Shown piece after piece: positions 56,601 to 64,000 of a DNA stretch of 64,000 nucleotides (its first letter is position 1; every line of letters starts with the position of its first letter). Made by a program: the position numbers and the translations under genes. The notes beneath the pieces were generated by a model. That model did no database searches and had not been told where the DNA came from. It saw nothing but the letters and a program-made list of their open reading frames with translations. The DNA is from Auanema rhodensis (Eukaryota > Animalia > Nematoda), in NCBI GenBank assembly GCA_964057225.1, contig OZ059897.1, positions 62,001-126,000 of the forward strand, given 5' to 3'.

Positions 56601-59600
56601 GGACATGGGGAATCTAATTTTGAAAACCGCATCTCTTTATCTTTCACGTGAAGCGAGTTACATACCAAGTGCACATCACGTGTACATTTAATTAGCATAA
56701 ATTAAAGTTCACGTAAATTTCAAAGTCATGGTTACCATGAACCAATATCAATAAAAATATGTTTTTAGACTAATATGGACATGGGGAATCTAATTTTGAA
56801 AACCGCATCTCTTTATCTTTCACGTGAAGCGAGTAACATACCAAGTGCACATCACGTGTACATTTAATTAGCATAAATTAAAGTTCACGTAATTTTCAAA
56901 GTCATGGTTACCATGCACCAATATCAATAAAAATTTGTTTTTAGACTAATATGGACATGGGGAATCTAATTTTGAAAACCGCATCTCTTTATCTTTCACG
57001 TGAAGCGAGTTACATACCAAGTGCACATCACGTATACATTTAATTAGCATAAATTAAAGTTTACGTAAATTTCAAAGTCATGGTTACCATGAACCAATAT
57101 CAATGAAAATTTGTTTTAAGACTAATATGGACATGGGGAATCTAATTTTGAAAACTGCATCTCTTTATCTTTCACGTGAAGCAAGTTACATACCAAGTGC
57201 ACATCACGTGTACATTTAATTAGCATAAATTAAAATTCACGTAAATTTCAAAGTCATGGTTACCATGCACCAATATCAATAAAAATTTGTTTTTAGACTA
57301 ATATGGACATGGGGAATCTAATTTTGAAAACCGCATCTCTTTATCTTTCACGTGAAGCGAGTTACATACCAAGTGCACATCACGTGTACATTTAATTAGC
57401 ATAAATTAAAGTTCACGTAAATTTCAAAGTCATGGTTACCATGCACCAATATCAATAAAAATTTGTTTTTAGACTAATATGGACATGGGGAATCTAATTT
57501 TGAAAACCGCATCTCTTTATCTTTCACGTGAAGCGAGTTACATACCAAGTGCACATCACGTGTACATTTAATTAGCATAAATTAAAGTTCACGTAAATTT
57601 CAAAGTCATGGTTACCATGCACCAATATCAATAAAAATTTGTTTTTAGACTAATATGGACATGGGGAATCTAATTTTGAAAACCGCATCTCTTTATCTTT
57701 CACGTGAAGCGAGTTACATACTAAGTGCACATCACGTGTACATTTAATTAGCATAAATTAAAGTTCACGTAAATTTCAAAGTCATGGTTACCATGCACCA
57801 ATATCAATAAAAATTTGTTTTTAGACTAATATGGACATGGGGAATCTAATTTTGAAAACCGCATCTCTTTATCTTTCACGTGAAGCGAGTTACATACCAA
57901 GTGCACATCACGTGTACATTTAATTAGCATAAATTAAAGTTCACGTAAATTTCAAAGTCATGGTTACCATGAACCAATATCAATAAAAATTTGTTTTTAG
58001 ACTAATATGGACATGGGGAATCTAATTTTGAAAACCGCATCTCTTTATCTTTCACGTGAAGCGAGTTACATACCAAGTGCACATCACGTGTACATTTAAT
58101 TAGCATAAATTAAAGTTCACGTAAATTTCAAAGTCATGGTTACCATGCACCAATATCAATAAAAATTTGTTTTTAGACTAATATGGACATGGGGAATCTA
58201 ATTTTGAAAACCGCATCTCTTTATCTTTCACGTGAAGCGAGTTACATACCAAGTGCACATCACGTGTACATTTAATTAGCATAAATTAAAGTTCACGTAA
58301 ATTTCAAAGTCATGGTTACCATGCACCAATATCAATAAAAATTTGTTTTTAGACTAATATGGACATGGGGAATCTAATTTTGAAAACCGCATCTCTTTGT
58401 CTTTCACGTGAAGCGAGTTACATACCAAGTGCACATCACGTGTACATTTAATTAGCATAAATTAAAGTTCACGTAAATTTCAAAGTCATGGTTACCATGA
58501 ACCAATATCAATAAAAATTTGTTTTTAGACTAATATGGACATGGGGAATCTAATTTTGAAAACCGCATCTCTTTATCTTTCACGTGAAGCGAGTTACATA
58601 CCAAGTGCACATCACGTGTACATTTAATTAGCATAAATTAAAGTTCACGTAAATTTCAAAGTCATGGTTACCATGCACCAATATCAATAAAAATTTGTTT
58701 TTAGACTAATATGGACATGGGGAATCTAATTTTGAAAACCGCATCTCTTTGTCTTTCACGTGAAGCGAGTTACATACCAAGTGCACATCACGTGTACATT
58801 TAATTAGCATAAATTAAAGTTCACGTAAATTTCAAAGTCATGGTTACCATGAACCAATATCAATAAAAATTTGTTTTTAGACTAATATGGACATGGGGAA
58901 TCTAATTTTGAAAACCGCATCTCTTTATCTTTCACGTGAAGCGAGTTACATACCAAGTGCACATCACGTGTACATTTAATTAGCATAAATTAAAGTTCAC
59001 GTAAATTTCAAAGTCATGGTTACCATGAACCAATATCAATAAAAATTTGTTTTTAGACTAATATGGACATGGGGAATCTAATTTTGAAAACCGCATCTCT
59101 TTATCTTTCACGTGAAGCAAGTTACATACCAAGTGCACATCACGTGTACATTTAATTAGCATAAATTAAAGTTCACGTAAATTTCAAAGTCATGGTTACC
59201 ATGAAGCAATATCAATAAAAATTTGTTTTTAGACTAATATGGACATGGGGAATCTAATTTTGAAAACCGCATCTCTTTATCTTTCACGTGAAGCGAGTTA
59301 CATACCAAGTGCACATCACGTGTACATTTAATTAGCATAAATTAAAGTTCACGTAAATTTCAAAGTCATGGTTACCATGAACCAATATCAATAAAAATTT
59401 GTTTTTAGACTAATATGGACATGGGGAATCTAATTTTGAAAACCGCATCTCTTTATCTTTCACGTGAAGCGAGTTACATACCAAGTGCACATCACGTGTA
59501 CATTTAATTAGCATAAATTAAAGTTCACGTAAATTTCAAAGTCATGGTTACCATGAAGCAATATCAATAAAAATTTGTTTTTAGACTAATATGGACATGG

Positions 59601-62600
59601 GGAATCTAATTTTGAAAACCGCATCTCTTTATCTTTCACGTGAAGCGAGTTACATACCAAGTGCACATCACGTATACATTTAATTAGCATAAATTAAAGT
59701 TTACGTAAATTTCAAAGTCATGGTTACCATGCACCAATATCAATAAAAATTTGTTTTTAGACTAATATGGACATGGGGAATCTAATTTTGAAAACCGCAT
59801 CTCTTTATCTTTCACGTGAAGCGAGTTACATACCAAGTGCACATCACGTGTACATTTAATTAGCATAAATTAAAGTTCACGTAAATTTCAAAGTCATGGT
59901 TACCATGCACCAATATCAATAAAAATTTGTTTTTAGACTAATATGGACATGGGGAATCTGATTTTGAAAACCGCATCTCTTTATCTTTCACGTGAAGCGA
60001 GTTACATACCAAGTGCACATCACGTGTACATTTAATTAGCATAAATTAAAGTTCACGTAAATTTCAAAGTCATGGTTACCATGCACCAATATCAATAAAA
60101 ATTTGTTTTTAGACTAATATGGACATGGGGAATCTAATTTTGAAAACCGCATCTCTTTATCTTTCACGTGAAGCGAGTTACATACTAAGTGCACATCACG
60201 TGTACATTTAATTAGCATAAATTAAAGTTCACGTAAATTTCAAAGTCATGGTTACCATGCACCAATATCAATAAAAATTTGTTTTTAGACTAATATGGAC
60301 ATGGGGAATCTAATTTTGAAAACCGCATCTCTTTATCTTTCACGTGAAGCGAGTTACATACCAAGTGCACATCACGTGTACATTTAATTAGCATAAATTA
60401 AAGTTCACGTAAATTTCAAAGTCATGGTTACCATGAACCAATATCAATAAAAATTTGTTTTTAGACTAATATGGACATGGGGAATCTAATTTTGAAAACC
60501 GCATCTCTTTATCTTTCACGTGAAGCGAGTTACATACCAAGTGCACATCACGTGTACATTTAATTAGCATAAATTAAAGTTCACGTAAATTTCAAAGTCA
60601 TGGTTACCATGCACCAATATCAATAAAAATTTGTTTTTAGACTAATATGGACATGGGGAATCTAATTTTGAAAACCGCATCTCTTTATCTTTCACGTGAA
60701 GCGAGTTACATACCAAGTGCACATCACGTGTACATTTAATTAGCATAAATTAAAGTTCACGTAAATTTCAAAGTCATGGTTACCATGCACCAATATCAAT
60801 AAAAATTTGTTTTTAGACTAATATGGACATGGGGAATCTAATTTTGAAAACCGCATCTCTTTGTCTTTCACGTGAAGCGAGTTACATACCAAGTGCACAT
60901 CACGTGTACATTTAATTAGCATAAATTAAAGTTCACGTAAATTTCAAAGTCATGGTTACCATGAACCAATATCAATAAAAATTTGTTTTTAGACTAATAT
61001 GGACATGGGGAATCTAATTTTGAAAACCGCATCTCTTTATCTTTCACGTGAAGCGAGTTACATACCAAGTGCACATCACGTGTACATTTAATTAGCATAA
61101 ATTAAAGTTCACGTAAATTTCAAAGTCATGGTTACCATGAACCAATATCAATAAAAATTTGTTTTTAGACTAATATGGACATGGGGAATCTAATTTTGAA
61201 AACCGCATCTCTTTATCTTTCACGTGAAGCAAGTTACATACCAAGTGCACATCACGTGTACATTTAATTAGCATAAATTAAAGTTCACGTAAATTTCAAA
61301 GTCATGGTTACCATGAAGCAATATCAATAAAAATTTGTTTTTAGACTAATATGGACATGGGGAATCTAATTTTGAAAACCGCATCTCTTTATCTTTCACG
61401 TGAAGCGAGTTACATACCAAGTGCACATCACGTGTACATTTAATTAGCATAAATTAAAGTTCACGTAAATTTCAAAGTCATGGTTACCATGCACCAATAT
61501 CAATAAAAATTTGTTTTTAGACTAATATGGACATGGGGAATCTAATTTTGAAAACCGCATCTCTTTATCTTTCACGTGAAGCGAGTTACATACCAAGTGC
61601 ACATCACGTGTACATTTAATTAGCATAAATTAAAGTTCACGTAAATTTCAAAGTCATGGTTACCATGAACCAATATCAATAAAAATATGTTTTTAGACTA
61701 ATATGGACATGGGGAATCTAATTTTGAAAACCGCATCTCTTTATCTTTCACGTGAAGCGAGTTACATACCAAGTGCACATCACGTGTACATTTAATTAGC
61801 ATAAATTAAAGTTCACGTAAATTTCAAAGTCATGGTTACCATGAACCAATATCAATAAAAATATGTTTTTAGACTAATATGGACATGGGGAATCTAATTT
61901 TGAAAACCGCATCTCTTTATCTTTCACGTGAAGCGAGTAACATACCAAGTGCACATCACGTGTACATTTAATTAGCATAAATTAAAGTTCACGTAATTTT
62001 CAAAGTCATGGTTACCATGCACCAATATCAATAAAAATTTGTTTTTAGACTAATATGGACATGGGGAATCTAATTTTGAAAACCGCATCTCTTTATCTTT
62101 CACGTGAAGCGAGTTACATACCAAGTGCACATCACGTATACATTTAATTAGCATAAATTAAAGTTTACGTAAATTTCAAAGTCATGGTTACCATGAACCA
62201 ATATCAATGAAAATTTGTTTTAAGACTAATATGGACATGGGGAATCTAATTTTGAAAACTGCATCTCTTTATCTTTCACGTGAAGCAAGTTACATACCAA
62301 GTGCACATCACGTGTACATTTAATTAGCATAAATTAAAATTCACGTAAATTTCAAAGTCATGGTTACCATGCACCAATATCAATAAAAATTTGTTTTTAG
62401 ACTAATATGGACATGGGGAATCTAATTTTGAAAACCGCATCTCTTTATCTTTCACGTGAAGCGAGTTACATACCAAGTGCACATCACGTGTACATTTAAT
62501 TAGCATAAATTAAAGTTCACGTAAATTTCAAAGTCATGGTTACCATGCACCAATATCAATAAAAATTTGTTTTTAGACTAATATGGACATGGGGAATCTA

Positions 62601-64000
62601 ATTTTGAAAACCGCATCTCTTTATCTTTCACGTGAAGCGAGTTACATACCAAGTGCACATCACGTGTACATTTAATTAGCATAAATTAAAGTTCACGTAA
62701 ATTTCAAAGTCATGGTTACCATGCACCAATATCAATAAAAATTTGTTTTTAGACTAATATGGACATGGGGAATCTAATTTTGAAAACCGCATCTCTTTAT
62801 CTTTCACGTGAAGCGAGTTACATACTAAGTGCACATCACGTGTACATTTAATTAGCATAAATTAAAGTTCACGTAAATTTCAAAGTCATGGTTACCATGC
62901 ACCAATATCAATAAAAATTTGTTTTTAGACTAATATGGACATGGGGAATCTAATTTTGAAAACCGCATCTCTTTATCTTTCACGTGAAGCGAGTTACATA
63001 CCAAGTGCACATCACGTGTACATTTAATTAGCATAAATTAAAGTTCACGTAAATTTCAAAGTCATGGTTACCATGAACCAATATCAATAAAAATTTGTTT
63101 TTAGACTAATATGTACATGGGGAATCTAATTTTGAAAACCGCATCTCTTTATCTTTCACGTGAAGCGAGTTACATACCAAGTGCACATCACGTGTACATT
63201 TAATTAGCATAAATTAAAGTTCACGTAAATTTCAAAGTCATGGTTACCATGCACCAATATCAATAAAAATTTGTTTTTAGACTAATATGGACATGGGGAA
63301 TCTAATTTTGAAAACCGCATCTCTTTATCTTTCACGTGAAGCGAGTTACATACCAAGTGCACATCACGTGTACATTTAATTAGCATAAATTAAAGTTCAC
63401 GTAAATTTCAAAGTCATGGTTACCATGCACCAATATCAATAAAAATTTGTTTTTAGACTAATATGGACATGGGGAATCTAATTTTGAAAACCGCATCTCT
63501 TTGTCTTTCACGTGAAGCGAGTTACATACCAAGTGCACATCACGTGTACATTTAATTAGCATAAATTAAAGTTCACGTAAATTTCAAAGTCATGGTTACC
63601 ATGAACCAATATCAATAAAAATTTGTTTTTAGACTAATATGGACATGGGGAATCTAATTTTGAAAACCGCATCTCTTTATCTTTCACGTGAAGCGAGTTA
63701 CATACCAAGTGCACATCACGTGTACATTTAATTAGCATAAATTAAAGTTCACGTAAATTTCAAAGTCATGGTTACCATGAACCAATATCAATAAAAATTT
63801 GTTTTTAGACTAATATGGACATGGGGAATCTAATTTTGAAAACCGCATCTCTTTATCTTTCACGTGAAGCAAGTTACATACCAAGTGCACATCACGTGTA
63901 CATTTAATTAGCATAAATTAAAGTTCACGTAAATTTCAAAGTCATGGTTACCATGAAGCAATATCAATAAAAATTTGTTTTTAGACTAATATGGACATGG
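53681..64000. repeat. Higher-order repeat of ~14-16 monomers (~2.5-2.8 kb), about four units
   Basis: C170T marks M312, M328, M342 and M357. A143G marks M316, M332 (+M334), M346 and M361. A 7-variant monomer occurs at M309, M325 and M354, with a partial version at M340. Confidence 0.88.

Larger units (their letters stand above)
1..64000. repeat. Satellite DNA array, 176-bp monomer, 363 full copies + 112 bp, single orientation; candidate centromeric/pericentromeric satellite
   Basis: The unit recurs every 176 bp. The monomer start recurs exactly at 1, 2641, 5281 ... 63361 (every 15 monomers = 2640 bp). Consensus GC is 57/176. Most copies carry 0-3 substitutions. The array runs off both ends of the window. 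The centromeric role is an inference from unit size and homogeneity only. Confidence 0.99.

Noticed and set aside
1-64000. CRISPR array or other repeat-spacer system
   Set aside because: There are no unique spacers: the entire 176 bp is repeated, and there are no cas or other genes.
1-64000. SNP pattern as an encoded message or programmed diversification system
   Set aside because: The order of variants is accounted for by nested duplications, deletions and chimeric monomers, and there is no associated enzyme gene or template.
1-64000. Transposon insertion, inversion or telomeric repeat inside the array
   Set aside because: Phase and orientation are unbroken throughout, and I saw no non-satellite sequence.

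Overview
The whole 64-kb window is one uninterrupted head-to-tail tandem array of a 176-bp, ~32% GC satellite monomer: 363 complete copies (1-63888) plus a 112-bp partial copy. Consensus: acatcacgtgtacatttaattagcataaattaaagttcacgtaaatttcaaagtcatggttaccatgcaccaatatcaataaaaatttgtttttagactaatatggacatggggaatctaattttgaaaaccgcatctctttatctttcacgtgaagcgagttacataccaagtgc. Monomer n (Mn) starts at 176*(n-1)+1, and variants such as C68A use monomer positions. Most copies differ from consensus at 0-3 sites, and I saw no indel, inversion or inserted element. There are no credible genes, RNA genes or CRISPR arrays; the three 60-aa ORFs come from a single stop-removing SNP. The unit length and homogeneity suggest a eukaryotic centromere-type or heterochromatic satellite, but I cannot name the family or organism. 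Reading the SNPs monomer by monomer (by eye, so small miscounts are possible) shows nested duplications: 4-, 5-, 6-, 8-, 14- and 18-monomer repeats, a ~14-15.5 kb duplication, and a 14-16-mer higher-order repeat at the right end. It also shows a switch in variant repertoire near 41-43 kb and chimeric monomers that mark recombination breakpoints. The most unusual signal is inside the monomer, which is a degenerate palindrome centred at position 87/88; several variants, including a linked double substitution, make that symmetry more perfect.
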